The notes under the pieces were generated by a model. The model searched no databases, had not been told where the DNA came from, and worked only from the letters and a program-made list of their open reading frames with translations. From Squalus acanthias (Eukaryota), in NCBI GenBank assembly GCA_030390025.1, contig CM059432.1:6448001-6512000 (forward strand): 64,000 nucleotides of DNA, read 5' to 3'. A program made the position numbers and the translations under genes. Every line of letters starts with the position of its first letter. The first letter of the stretch is position 1. Shown one piece after another: positions 1 to 13,098 of this stretch.

Positions 1-680
1 CCCTGGTTATTGACCCCTCTACTAAGGGGAAAAGTTCCTTTCTATCTACCCTATCTCTGCCCCTCATAATTTTGTACATCTCAATCAGGTTCCCCCTCAG
101 CCTTCTCTGCTCCAAGGAAAACAACCCCAGCCTGTCCAGTCTCTCTTCATAGCTGAAGCGCTCCAGCCCAGGTAACATGCTGGTGAATCTCCTCTGCACC
201 CTCTCCAATGCAATCACATCCCTCCTATAGTGTGGCGACCAGAACTGCACACAGTATTCCAGCTGTGGCCTAACTCGCGTTTTGTACAGCTCCATCATAA
301 CCTCCCTGCTCTTGCCTTCATTAGCCGAGGCATAGAATATAAGTATCCCATATGCCTTTTTAACCACCTTATCTACCTGTCCTGCTGCCTTCAGGGATCT
401 ATGTACATGCACACCAAGGTCCCTCTGATCCTCGGTCCTTCCTAGGGTCCTACCATTCATTGTGTATTCCCTTGCCTTGTTAGTCCTCCCAAAATGCATC
501 ACCTCACACTTTTCAGGGTTAAATTCCATTTGCCACTGTTCTGCCCATCTAACCATCCCGTCTATATCATCCTGTAGCCTGAGGCTTCCCTCCTCGCTAT
601 TTACTACTCCACCAATTTTCGTGTCATCTGCGAACTTACTGATCATACCTCCTACATTCATATCTAAATCATTAATATCA
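1..680 (-). mobile_element. CR1 LINE ORF2 fragment (degenerate, runs off window edge)
   Basis: Reverse complement reads CR1 RT C-terminal motifs (KFADD region at about 620-635, FNPEKCEVMHFG, YCVQFWSPHY). Confidence 0.9.
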
Positions 681-715
681 GGAGGTCATCGGTTCAAGCC
701 TCTCTCCAGGCCGAT

Positions 716-2287
716 AAATCCCCAGGGCCTGATAATCTACATTCTAGGGTACTTAAGGAAGTGGCCCTAGAAATAGTAGATGCATTGCTGGTCATCTTCC
801 AAAATTCTATAGACTCTGGGAACAGTTCCCATGGATTGGAGGGTAGCTAATGTAACCCCACTATTTAAAAAAGGTGGTAGAGAGAAAAGGGGGAATTATA
901 GACTGGAAAACCTGACATCGGTAGTGGGGAAAATGCTGGAGGCCATTATAAAAGATGTAATAGCAGAGCACTTGGAAAACAGTGACAGGATCGGACAAAG
1001 TCAACATGGATTTACAAAAGGGAAATCATGCCTGACTAATCTACTGGAATTTTTTGAGGATGCAACTGGTAAAATAGATAACGGAGAACCAGTGGATGTG
1101 GTGTACTTGGACTTTTAGAAGGCTTTCGATAAGGTCCCGCATAAGAGATTAGCGTGCAAAGTTAAAGCACATGGGATTGGGGGTCAGGTACTGACTTGGA
1201 TAGAAAACAGGTTGGCAGACAGGAAGCAAAGAGTTGGAATAAACGGGTCTTTTTCCGAGTGGCAGGCAGTGACTAGTGAAGTCCCGCAGGGATCGGTGCT
1301 AGGACGCGTTATTCACAATATATATTAATGATCTAGACGAGGGAACTAGATGTAATATCTCCAAGTTTGCAGACGACACAAAGCTGGGTGGGCGTGTGTG
1401 CTGTGAGGAGGATGCAGAGAAACTCCAGTATGATTTGGACAGGTTGGGTGATTGGGCAGATGCAGTATAATGTGGATAAATGTGAGGTTATCCACTTTGG
1501 TGGCAAAAACAGGAAGGCAGATTATTATCTGAACGGCAATAGATTGGAAAAAGGGGAAGTACAACGAGACCTGGGTGTCCTTGTGCACCAGTCACTGAAG
1601 GTAAGCATGCAGGTGCAGCAGGCGGTTAAGAAGGCAAATGGTATGTTGGCCTTCATAGCGAGAGGATTCGAGTACAGGAGCAAGGATGTCTTGCTGCAGT
1701 TGTACAGGGCCTTGGTGAGACCACACCTTGAGTATTGTGTGCAGTTTTGGTCGCCTTATCTGAGGAAGGATGTTCTTGCCATGGAGGGAGTGCAGCGAAG
1801 ATTCACCAGACTGATACCTGGGATGGCAGGAATGACGTATGAAGAGAGATTGGGTCGATTAGGCTTATATTCGCTAGAGGTTCGAAGAATGAGAGGGGAT
1901 CTCATTGAAACTTATAAAATTCTAACAGGACTAGACAGACTAGATGCAGGAAGGCTGTTCCCGATGGCGGGGGAGTCCAGAACCAGGGGTCACAGTCTAA
2001 GGATAAGGGGTAAGCCATTTAGGACTGAGATGAGGAGGAATTTCTTCACCCAGAGAGTGGTGAACCTGTGGCATTCTCTACCACAGAAGGCAGTTGAGGC
2101 CAATTCATTAAATATATTCAAGAAGGAGTTAGATATATTTCTTAAGGCTAAGGGGATCAAGGGATATGGGGAGAAAGCAGGGACAGGGTACTGAATTTGG
2201 ATGATCAGCCATGATCTCATTCAATGGCGGAGCAGGCTCGAGGGGCCGAATGGCCTACTCCTGCTCCTATCTTCTATGTTTCTATGT
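716..2287 (+). mobile_element. CR1 LINE, 5'-truncated, frameshifted ORF2 plus 3' tail
   Basis: ORFs 831-1118 (DWRVANVTPLFKKG...QHGFTKGKSCLTNLLEFFE...VDVVYLDF) and 1367-2194 (LVRPHLEYCVQFWSP...RRNFFTQRVVNLW). Ends in a stem-loop tail and (TCTATGTT)n. Confidence 0.95.
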
Positions 2288-3133
2288 CTAAGGTTGACCA
2301 TGTCTGTTCGCAACCTTGGTGTCACATTTAATCAAAAATTGAGCTTCCTACCTCGTCCATTTTATCAAGGATTGGTGTGTATGGAATTAGTGATGTAACA
2401 TTGTGCAAATCCTACAATATACGATTAATATGTTATCAAAGTCAAGCATGCGCAGCACACGATTTTCCAACCATTCATTTGCTGAGCACGTCCAAATTTC
2501 TGATGCGCACTCTCGGTGCGTGAGGCTGCTCACTGGGAGCACAAGGTCAGAATAATATCCCTGTTGTGCATTCCTTTCAATGATAAATTGTCAGGCTTGT
2601 TTTCTCATTTGCCTCTTTGGAGACTGCACTCTTTCAGCAAAAAATCTATTGACAACTCTCCATCACAGAGGTGGCAATGCCAGTATGAAGAAGATAAAAA
2701 TGGGACCGTATCATTTTAAAAGGGAATTGGAAAGGACGGATAATGGATTACTAACTCCTTGAGAAGCATGAAAAGATAATTTTTTTAGTTCATTGAGATA
2801 GCTACTGTTTCTTCAATACTGCTGGAAAAATCTAATTCTCTGGCATTGCACCTTTCAAAACTGTGTGCTTACTCGGTCGCAAATTTACAATTCAAAATAT
2901 TGCTATTTTATGTTGGGGAAGAAATTAAAATAAGTTGGAGGCAGATCTTAATTTTAAATGGGAACTAAATGTGTGGATTGTGGCATGGTTTGATTAAGAT
3001 GCTTAAACTTTCCCTCTGTTCCTAATTTTCCTACCATCTTGCCATCTTTCAAATATGAAAAATATTTTGTGCTGGTTGTGGGGATCTGGTTTTGTGTTAG
3101 TGTTTGTTCATTTGATTGTGTTCGTATACCACC

Positions 3134-3740
3134 AACAACAACAACTTGTATTTATATAGCGCCTTTAACGTAGTAAAACGTCCCAAGGCGCTGCACAGGA
3201 GTATTATAAGACAAAAAAGGCACGGCCACCAATGGTTGAGCGATTATAATCAGGGATGCTCAAGAGGGCAGAATTAGAGGAGCGCAGATATCTCGGGTGG
3301 GGTTGTGGGGCTGAAGGAGATTAGAGGTAGGGAGGGGCGAAGCCATGGATGGATTTGAAAACCAGGATGAGAATTTTGAAATCGAGGCGTTGCTTAACCA
3401 GGAACCAATGTAGGTCAGCGAGCACAGAGGTGATGGGCGAACGGGACTTAGTGCGAGTTAGGACACGGGCAGCCGAGTTTTGGATAACCTCAAGTTTATG
3501 TAGGGTAGAATGTGGGAGGCCAGGAGTGCGTTGGAATAGTCAAGTCTAGAGGTAACAAAGGCATGGATGAGGGTCTCAGCAGCAGATGAGCTGAGGCAAG
3601 GGCGGAGACGGGCAATGTTACAAAGGTGGAAATAGGCGGTCTTTGTTATGCTGTGGATATATGGTTGGAAGCTCATTTCTGGGCCAAATATGACACCAAG
3701 GTTGCAAACAGAGTGGTTCAGCCTCAGACAGATGTTAGTC
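3134..3740 (-). mobile_element. L2 LINE 3' fragment
   Basis: Minus ORF NLGVIF...AYFHLCNIARLRPCLS...LIHAFVTSRLDYSNALLA and 3' tail AAAGGCGCTATATAAATACAAG(TTG)n. Confidence 0.9.
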
Positions 3741-4458
3741 AAATGAAAACTAACTATTCACATTGTGAAACTGTGAAAGGCATATTTTTACATGTATTTT
3801 AAATGTTTTTGTAATTTGTGTTAATTTGGAAAATAATTAAGCCTTGTTTATAATATTAAATAGGTAATAATGGAGCCTGCTTTGGTTCTGTCACCTTGAG
3901 GACCCTCACTTAATGGGCGTTCACTTTGGCCTGTGGATATTGTGTGTATATCTGCCAAGTACAGGCTAACTGGAAATCCAGGAATCAACGATTATTCTCT
4001 CAACTATTATCCTGGGAACAAAATCCTTGGATAGAATCTCACATGGTTCAGAACAGTAGTTAGACCTATTTTATAAAATATGGTTCCCATTGTTGCTTTT
4101 CTGGCAATTGTGTATGTGGTCTCTGTTGGAGGAATGATTTAACGTAGCTTTTTTGGGCAGTTGCTCAAATATATCTTGGCGATTGGCAATCTAAATGGAG
4201 ACAGGAGAATTGTAGGTGAGCTAGGGAAAAATGGAAAGGTTGACATCAGATTTTTTTTCTCTTGAATTCGGACGTGTATGCCATAAAAATGAAATCCAAT
4301 ACTGGCAACATTGAGTTGTGGAACAATACTGGATAGTTCAGTCACTTTTTGTTGACCGAGACGGACTCCTCTCCAAATCTGTTTGGTTTCATAAATAATT
4401 ACCTGTAAATTATTAAAAGTCTTGCAATATGGTGTGCACTTCTTGTCCAAACTCATTT

Positions 4459-5137
4459 GGCCCGGATTTTGCCGTCAGCGGTGCAGGAATGGTACTCTCC
4501 GTTCATTACGCTTACTGCTGCCCACAGACTTTGAGGGCTTTTGCGCAGCAACTTATGGTCATCGGGAGTCTGAAACAGCACAACGCCCTCTGCAGGGGAT
4601 CTGGGACCTGTGTGAACAGGATAAGCAACAGCAAGTCTCTTAACCAATCAGATTGAAGAATCCTTAATGAGACACGCAGAGTCTAAACCAGGAAGTGTAA
4701 ATTAGAATATTTAATTCAATGTAAAATCATATACAGAAAATAAAATAGAGAGGGAAAGAAAGATGGGATTGAGAGAGAGAGAGAGAGAGGGAGATAAGAG
4801 ATAGAAAGAAAAAGTAAAAAAAATTCCAACAATAATTAAAATGTGAAGAAATGAGATTCCACACTTGTAAAAGTAAAGTTTCAGTGCCAGAAAAGTTGTT
4901 TGGTAGTTTGACTTGCACACTGTTAAAAATTCACTTACACTTGAATGGACAAGCCCAAGCTTTTTTGGTGTGTTTAGTGGGTAACTGATGGGGACGTACC
5001 GCAACTTCACACCCTTCATGTGTTTGAATGCCGAATATCTTGGCGAGGTACTGGTGTAGCGAAGCTTGTGGAAGAGCAGGGCAACTTGGACAGTAAGCTG
5101 ATAGCCGCACCGTTATTCCTATCACAAAATGCAGGCC
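4459..5137. mobile_element. Non-autonomous TIR element (PIF/Harbinger-like MITE), family A; contains a (GA)n tract at about 4770-4788
   Basis: Imperfect TIRs GGCCCGGATTTTGC / ACAAAATGCAGGCC. Internal blocks (GATCTGGGACCT...CTTAACCAAT) recur at 33654-34320. Confidence 0.6.
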
Positions 5138-5337
5138 ATTATTTTCGGCAACACTTTTCATGTAAACATCTATGATGGGAAAACTGTATGTAAAGATTTT
5201 GCCATCACTTTGTTGATGAAGCACTCAAATCATTTAAAGCTTTTTTTTAAAAAAAGGGCCACAATTTTTTCCCTTCGTGACTGAAATTTCTCACTTCCAA
5301 GATAAGGTTTCAAACAAAACAAACAATTCTAAATATT

Positions 5338-6645
5338 GGGCCGTAATTTGCAGCCCCTACAGGTGCGTACGAGGTGCGCACATGCCTGTAGGGGCCGCGC
5401 AAGTTCCGGGTTTATGGATGCGAAACGCATGCGTGAAAACCCGGAACTTGCGATCGGTCAAGAATTCGCTTTTAGGCCTGCTTTTACCAGCGTAAGAGTT
5501 TAAAAAAATAGAAAAATAAAATGTTATCGCTCATTTATACATTAAAAACCCTGTCCAATAAGGTAAGTTTACTTTTAGCCCTGTTAAAACATATAGGGGG
5601 AAAGTAACTTCGCCGGGGTGCTACTTTTAAAAGTTAGCGCCCCTGCGTCGTAAATTCAGTGGTTGCGCCCCAAGCAGGAGGCGGGGCACGACTGGAAGCG
5701 CTCTCCCCCTCCTTCCTGGAGTGCTACAAGTGAATATCGTGGCGCTGCGTGCAACAGCGCTACATGCGTCGGCACTTAGCGCCGCGGTATTACAGGGCTC
5801 CCTCCCCTGATTAAAGGGGAGGGGCCTAGTGCTGTGCGCACCGGGGCCCTGCTGGACCACTGGGGAGCAGGGTGCCGGGAAAGCAGCCAGGCACTCGGAG
5901 TGCTGGGCTGTGCGATCGCGGCCGGCACCCCGAATAAAAATGGGGAAGGGGGCAGGTGCTGGCAAGCCGCCAAAAAAAAATGGCCACCCGACACCTGCCC
6001 TTTAAATTGTGGCGCCATGGTTGCAAATATGCCAGCCTGACCCTGTCGGGCATATCATCCGGCGATAGGTCGGGAGGGGGGCACATCTGATGTTTGCGGC
6101 TGGGTCGCTGCGCACGGCGATGAGATCATTGTTGGAGGCGCAGCGCCGCAGGGCGCTACCGTCTACCGCTGCCACTAACCTCCCGCTGAATTTCATGGGA
6201 GGTGTTAGGGGCACTAACGGGAGGCGCAAAGCATCCCAATTTTTCCCCCAATAATTTTTTTTCAAAAACTTTAATTTTTGTTTAAAGTATTTAATTAAAT
6301 GGCATTTTAATTAATTTTAAATATGTAATTTTTTTAACGTATTTCATGTGTTCGTGTATTTTTTAACTGATCCCCATTCATACTTATGGGAGTTCCGTAC
6401 ATACGGCATCCCCATAAGGATGAATGGGGATTCCCCTTCTTTCATTGGTTGGGCCGGCCCACGTGATCCCACGGGCGCATGCGAACCGCCAGCGCCCCGG
6501 GAAACGTGGGCCTCTACCTGCAGGTATCCGGAGAGGCCCAGGAGCGCGAATCTACGAACCTCCCGGACCACCAGGTAAATTCGTAGATTTTTTGCAGGTC
6601 GGAGGCCTCCGCCTGTGGTAAGCCTCCGACCGCAAATTTTGGGCC
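5338..6645. mobile_element. Harbinger-like MITE, family B, with ATT target-site duplication and a nested insertion
   Basis: TIRs GGGCCGTAATTTGC / GCAAATTTTGGGCC; ATT at 5335-5337 and 6646-6648. An inverted relative lies at 23663-24336. Confidence 0.75.
5596..6249. mobile_element. GC/CpG-rich TIR element, family C, nested in the family B element
   Basis: Ends GGGGGAAA / TTTTCCCCC; abrupt GC jump; shares internal blocks with the reverse complement of 57770-58469. Confidence 0.65.
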
Positions 6646-6772
6646 ATTATATATTTCACAATGACATGATTAAATTTACCTATTGAATTCACTTTTGTGT
6701 CTTTTAATACCTTCAAGTTTCAAGTCCGCAATCTGTCTCAAAGGCTTGACTTCAACTGAATATTTTTATCTT

Positions 6773-7430
6773 AACAGCAACAGCCACAACTTAGATTTAT
6801 ATAGCGCCTTTAACGTAGTAAAACGTCCCAAGGCACTTTACGGGGCGCTATCAAAAACAAAATTTGACATTGAGCCATATAAGGAGATGTTAGGGCAGAT
6901 GAGCAGAAACTTGGTCAGGGAGGTAGGTTTTAAGGCGCATCTTAAAGGAGGAAAGAGAAGTAGAGAGGTGGAGTGGTTAAGGGTGGGAATTCCAGAGCTT
7001 AGGGCCTTGGCAGCTGAAGGCATGGCCGCCAATGGTGGAGCGATTAAAATCGGGGATGTTCAAGAGGCCAGAATTGGTGGAGCGCAAATATCTCGAGGTG
7101 TGGGGGTGCGGTTTGTAGGGCTGGAGGAGATTAGAGATAGGGCGGGGCGAGGCCATGGATTGATTTGAAAACGAGGATGAAAAGTTTGAAATCGAGGCGT
7201 TGCTTAACTGGGAGCCAACGTAGGTCAGTGAGCGGGACTTGGTACGAGTTAGGACACGGGCGGCAGAGTTTTGGATGAGCTCAAGTTTATGGAAGGTAGA
7301 ACGTTGGAGTCAGGCCAGGAATGTGTTGCAATAATCAAGTCTAGAGGTAACGAAGGCCTGGATGAGGGTTTAGGCAGAAGATATGCTGAGGCAAGGGCAG
7401 AGACGGGCGATGTTACGAAAGTGGAAATCG
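6773..7430 (-). mobile_element. L2 LINE 3' fragment
   Basis: Same tail and RT C-terminal sequence as 3134-3740. Confidence 0.88.
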
Positions 7431-8759
7431 CACAAGTGGATGGGGCGTTCTCTGCAGCTGTACATTCTGAGGATGTGCAGTAATTTGCAGAATCTCCCAG
7501 CGTACAATCTGTGTATCCATATCCTGTGAGTATGAGAGTTTCTCTGCTTGATGTGAAAGACTTTGAAAGAAACTGGAGTTTGAATTCCCAAAGCTTTTAT
7601 TTCAGGCAAATTATGACTTTTATTGAACAAAAACTGTTTTCTACTATAAGCTGCTCAGACTGCACCTGTGATTGTTCACACTTTGTGGTTGTGCTTTCTT
7701 TGTTGACAACCAAGAGATTGTTACGAGGAATGGATTTCTTTTTCAGTCAATCACCTCTTTATTTTGATTTACATTCTGTTAAAAAATCTCTCTTCTAAGC
7801 CATTTCTGAAGCTAAAGGAATTTTTATTAATGTAAAACTTTGGAAACTGTGTTGATGATACACTCCTTAGCGTTTTATGAAGTAATTTTCCTTTGCTTAT
7901 GGAAATTTATGTTAATTCCAGACTCTCTAAATTGGCAGTTTCACTTGCAGTACACTGAAGGATAAACTTTAATCTTGCACAGTCCTAGCACACACCAGGA
8001 ACACACACAGCGGAACTGTACACCATGGTTTTCAGTCCATTAATTTGCAGAAGTAGAAGATTTACTGTTTAATGCCAAGAAAAAATGTGAAGCCAGAAAC
8101 AGTTGATAGGAAAAGTGGTGCTGGGGAAGGGCACAAATAGGACTGCAGAGGAGTAGGGGGAAGAGGCCACTTGGTGGTAATGCAGTAGGAGGGTGGTGCC
8201 ATTCTCCTGAGGGTGCTCCACCTCCATGAGGTGACTCGACCCTGCCAAGCTCGAATACTGCCAGAATCCTGCAATAATACTGTGCTCCCGAAAGCTCCAA
8301 AACCCACCTGCCCAGTCGTGCTGGATCCCAGGACCTCTTTGCTCAGACTTCCACCTTCGCTCCTCCCTACCCTGCAACTAATCTTGATGGCTGGGGAGCA
8401 TTCTTTCAGTACCGGCCTGCAGTCTCCTGCTTCCCGACATTCTGCTTCTACCAGCCAGCCAGTTGCCGCTTTCCTCCAGATGCTTTGAAGGAAAATAAGA
8501 AAGCATATAAGAAATGTCAATTTGACGCATTAAGTTCACTTGTCCCACAGAACACGTGAAATCTACCCCTTTGTGGATCAAATCCAACTCTTGAAGGCTG
8601 CACTTACACTAACGATCATTGCCTCGAAGTTGCTTCGCTTCGTTCAGGCACTAAAGTTGTAGTGTAAATCCAAACTCAGGACGCAACCCAGGTTTATTGA
8701 AGGAAAATCCTTTGCAAATGCGCTCTGGTTACATCACAGATCGTCCTCAGAGTGCATCC

Positions 8760-9013
8760 CCTTCCCACGCCCATTGGAAAGCGAAGAGACTCTTCAGTAT
8801 CCCATTGGATGATTGGTGACTGTCAGTCAAACGGCCTGTTTCCCCATCACCAATATTTTTACGGATAATAAATGAAAGTGATTTAAAAAAATAAATAAAC
8901 ACAAAACACAATGCCCCTATGGTTTTTCTCCCAAGTTGCTTGCAGCAGGGTCCAGGAGATTAGTCTTTAATTCCTGAAGACTCCAGGACAATACTGGAGG
9001 GTTGGCAACCCTA
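8760..9013. mobile_element. hAT-like non-autonomous element, one end (TAGGGTTGCCAAC terminus)
   Basis: GGAGGGTTGGCAACCCTA terminus at 9013; subterminal sequence similar to 55930-56034. The left boundary is uncertain. Confidence 0.55.
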
Positions 9014-9199
9014 ACATGGTTTGGCTGTGTCCCTGGTGCAGGCGCACCTCTGGCGCAGGGCCTTGTGCCTGGAAACCGGGAGAGAAACACAGATGCAGGA
9101 GTGACCCCTGGCCTCGGGGCCTTCTGGCTGCTACTGGCCTGAAGATCATGGGGGAGACTGTAAAAGAAAATGCCGCTTACTTTCTCGGGCCTCAATCAG

Positions 9200-9522
9200 C
9201 CCGACAACCCTCCAAGATCTCTGCGCTCCTCCAATTCTGGCCTCTTGACCATCACTGATTTTCATCACTCCACCATTGGCGGCCATGCTTTCAGCTGCCT
9301 AGGCTGTGAGCTCTGGAATTCCCTCCCTAAACTTCTTCGATTCTCTACCTCTTTTTTTGAGATGCGCCTTAAAACCGACTGCTTTGACCAAGTTTTTGGT
9401 CACCTGTCCTAATGTCTCCTTATGTGGCTCAGTGTCAAATTCTGTTTGATAATCGCTCCTGTGAAGCGCCTTGGGACATTTTACAACATTAAAGGCGCTA
9501 TGTAAATGCAAGTTGTTGTTTG
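9200..9522 (+). mobile_element. L2 LINE 3' end
   Basis: GGHAFSCLG..LWNSLP motif and tail GTGAAGCGCCTTGGGAC...AAAGGCGCTATGTAAATGCAAG(TTG)n. Confidence 0.88.
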
Positions 9523-10063
9523 ATTGACCTGCTCTAATGCCAGCTTCTCCTGGCACTCCTTAAAATAACACCCTCTGTCACAAATAGAAGAAACTGAGCC
9601 TTGCAAATGGATTTACTTTAAAGTTGCTATGTGGGATAATTGATTTGGGAATGTTGTTGTGAGATTTATAGCAACTGCAGATATGTTCATTATACCAATC
9701 TTTCTGCAATGTGGAGTTAATGTAACAATGTGGAGAATTTAACAATGTTCATTCGGTCTGCTCTTTTAAAACTTGCAGCTGAATGGGAGAAGGTCAGGCT
9801 GATATTAGTGCTTCACAAGCCGCCTAATAATCCAGCTTGCGACAGTCTGCTTAACTTTTCAGTTGGATTAGCAGTCACGTGATTTTTAATATTTAACAGT
9901 ACAAATAACTCATGCGCAGGAGCTATAGTTACTGCATTGAGGTTTAGTCTACTCAAAGGAAAAAAAACTTTCTGCAACCTGTTAGAAAGTGTGATTGACA
10001 CTGAGATACACGCTTCACTGTGTTCACCCAAAGCAGAACTGTGCTGTGATATTTTGATCACGT

Positions 10064-10445
10064 CAGCAGGTTGTGGGTTCAGGTCCCACTCCAGGGACTT
10101 GAGCACAAAAATCTCGGCTGACACTCCTAGTGCAGTACTGAGGGAGCGCTGCACTGTCGTAGGTGCCGTCTTTCGGATGAAAAGTTAAACTGAGGCCCTC
10201 TCAGGTGGATGTAAAAGTTCCCATGGTAATATATCGAAGAAGAGCAGGGGAGTTAACCCCTCAATCAACATCACTAAGACAGATTATCTGGTCATTATCA
10301 CAATGGTGTTTATAGGGAGCTTGCTGTGCACAAATTGACTGTCAGGTTTCCTACCTTACAACAGTGACTACACTTCAAAAAGTACTTCATTGGCTGTAAA
10401 GCTCTTTGGTCATGAAAGGCGCTATATAAATGCAAGTCTTTTTTT
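10064..10445 (+). mobile_element. SacSINE1/DeuSINE-like tRNA-derived SINE (5' end clipped)
   Basis: B-box-like GGTTCAGGTCC, central domain shared with five other copies, L2-type tail AAGGCGCTATATAAATGCAAG. Confidence 0.8.
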
Positions 10446-10561
10446 ATGTGCTTTGTGACGTGCCTTGTGATAGTGCAGAGGTTTTGTGACCGGAAGCGGG
10501 TAGGAAAAAGATAACAATGCTCTGACTAAAAATTCCTCCTATTGGCTAATAATGTAGTCGT

Positions 10562-11035
10562 AAAAACAAAAAATGCTAGAAATACTCAGCATCTGCAGCA
10601 TCTGCGGCGAGAGAAACAGAGTTAACGTTTCAGGTCGATGACCTTTCATCAGAACTGGAAAAGCTTAGAAATGTAACCGGTTTTAAGCAAGTACAGAGGT
10701 AGGGAAAAGGGGGAGGGAGGAAAAAACGAAAAGGAAGGCCTGTGATGGGGTGGAATGCAGGAAAGATTAAATGACAAAGGGATTGATGGTGCAAGGTGAA
10801 AAAATGGGGGCAGAGGTTATGATCTGAAATTGTTGAACTCTGTGTTGAGTCCGGAAGATTGTAAAGTGCCTAATGGAAAGATGAGGTCCTGTTCCTCGTG
10901 CTTACGTTGAGCTTCATTGGAACAGTGTAGGAGGCCGAGGTCAGAGAGGGAGTGGTCCGGAGAATTAAAATGACGGGACCGGAAACTCGGGGTCACGCTT
11001 GTGGACTGAACAGAGGTGTTCCACAAAGTGGTCAC
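10562..11035 (-). mobile_element. Penelope-like element 3' end (GIY-YIG C-terminus plus terminal repeat)
   Basis: Minus ORF HFNSPDHSLSDLGLLHCSNEAQRKHEEQDLIFPLGTLQSSGLNTEFNNFRS followed by the hammerhead-bearing terminal repeat. Confidence 0.85.
10620..10656 (-). ncRNA. Minimal hammerhead ribozyme motif (Penelope type), GUU site
   Basis: Reverse complement agtt-CTGATGA-aaggtcatcgacct-GAA-ACGT-T-aact: intact core, stem I agtt/aact, stem II aggtc/gacct. Confidence 0.75.
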
Positions 11036-11211
11036 CTCCTACAATAATGTAGTAACGTTGGCCGTGGTCAGCTTTGCCGTACCCAGGATTGATCTGGATT
11101 TGTAGCTGATGCGAGCCGCTAGTTGGGAGATTTCTCTCTGAACGGGGAGGTGGGATAATCCAGTTCAAGTGTTTAGTTACAGCATTAAATTTCATTGCGT
11201 TTGTTGTTCAG

Positions 11212-11492
11212 GTGGTGAATCTGAAGCAGGGATACAAGGACAACATGCGATGCAATACCAGAGTGTGGACGGCCAACAGCAGCTCCAGCAGCAGGATGGC
11301 GAAGATGACCAAGGATGGGTCTCTTGGGCATGGTCCCTCGTTCCTGCACTGGTCAGTTATTCTGAAGAGGGAGATGAGAGCTACGAAGTCGATGAAAATG
11401 GCGTCAGAATAAATCGTCTGAGATCAACGCCTCCCAAGGATCCAGTGGTTTCTGTGGGATTCTACTGCACCAAAGCAACTGTCACTTTTAAG
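11212..11492 (+). CDS. VPS13B: VPS13B internal coding exon (approx. human exon 8), 281 bp, phase 1 in / phase 0 out
   Basis: Acceptor ttgttgttcAG at 11210-11211, donor AAG|GTTTGT at 11493. Encodes (G)GESEAGIQ...QGWVSWAWSLVPALVSY...KDPVVSVGFYCTKATVTFK, which matches VPS13B as I recall it and joins in frame to the next exon. Confidence 0.95.
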
Positions 11493-11773
11493 GTTTGTAA
11501 GAAACAGAACATGGGCTGACAACTATCTTACTCAGCTGTTCTTTGATAGTTTTGTACGCCAATATAGATAGGTGTGTTTGTTTTGGTCAGCATTGATTAG
11601 GATCTAAAAATATGTTGCTTCGGCAGCATGATGCTGCAGTATGTTGTACTCTAAGTAAACCTATCTCCACCTGTCCTAATGTCTCCTTCTTTGGCTCAGT
11701 ATCACTACTTTAAAGGTGTTATATACTTTGTTGTTGTTGCACATTCAGTTTCTTCACAACACTAACTTTCTCA

Positions 11774-11924
11774 AAATAAAAAAAAATTGCAGATGCTGAA
11801 ACTCTGAAAACAAAGAGAAAAAGCTGGAAATACTCAGCAGGTCAGGACAGTCCTGAAGAAACGTCTTAAGGCCTGAAACGCCGACTGACCTGCTGCGTAT
11901 TTCCATCTCTTTCTATTTTTGTTT
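11774..11924. mobile_element. Fold-back Penelope-derived mini-element with central degenerate hammerhead and 14-bp TSD
   Basis: Arms ggaaatactcagcaggtcag / ctgacctgctgcgtatttcc. Centre cagtc-CTGAAGA...GAAACGCC-gactg (11848-11887). Direct repeats cactaactttctca (11760-11773) and cacttactttctca (11925-11938). Confidence 0.75.
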
Positions 11925-13098
11925 CACTTACTTTCTCACCTAAGTTGTATCCTCTTGTGGAAAGATGCTGGCTGAAACCCAGATACTTTTGATTGGTTGG
12001 AGAGAAGAGCTGTCCTTGGATCCTCAGAGTGGTATTGACAGTAAGTCAGCAGACACCCTCTCAACTGCAGATGGTGTATAGCCCAGGAAACATAGGTCTT
12101 GGAGTTTGTTGTGGGATTTCTCTCTGCCCCAAAGCAGATGGAGACGAGCGTGTACTGGTTCCAAGCGATCTTTATTCAAGCACCTGCAGGGAGAGGCCCT
12201 CTCAGTCTGAGCTGAGACGGGAGTCTAATTTTTAGAGCAGTTGGCTTATATGCAATCTTGCATCTTGTTTCTTTCACATCTTCAGGACTTGGCCAATTAA
12301 TTGTCCAAGTCTAGTACACTTAATCACATCTCCACAAAACACATCTTGTTTATCTCATTTGCCTTGTTTCCACATCTGCCATTGTTCTACTCTTTAGCTC
12401 TTATCCAATTTCGTACACTTAACCACATCTTCGCAAATCACATTGGCGGCCCATTGTTCAATGTATGGCCTCCTTGCCTTCTTTCACTCCCCCAATGATC
12501 GTGTAATATGCTTTTTCCAACTATCTTTGTTCTGCCCGACTTCTCCTTTATTACATCAGCCAGCTAGTCAGTTAAGCCGCTAATCTAACTTTTAACCCCT
12601 TCAGAGTTCATGCATTTTTCAACCGCTAAAATTATGCGATGAACATTTATGTTTGTATTTACTGTAAGACCGTCTGCACCTTTTGAGACGAGCTCTTCCA
12701 AAATAGATTTCTCATCATTTTTCGTGCTGGAAAGCTAACTTTTTGTGCCACTGTGCTTCCTTCACTAATCAAATAGTTGCAGCTTGAGCAGAAGCTGTAG
12801 GGTGGAGAGGAAGAGAGTGGCGGGAAAGGAATGTATTGGCCAGTGTGCTCACTAAGCAATTTGCAGCCAACAATCAGTCAAAGGTCACTGTAAACCAGCA
12901 GCAGAATTATATGAATTTTTTGCACAATATTTATTTTTTGATGGAATGTAATCCAATCCTAAAAGTATTCGTTGTAAACATGAATGACGGTTTGTTGGAG
13001 ATAACGGGTAGACATATCTCTGGACAGGAATATTAATAATTTGTTGTCATCCTAAACAAGTGACCATGTGTTTATTATAAAAATGAAGATGGAAATAA

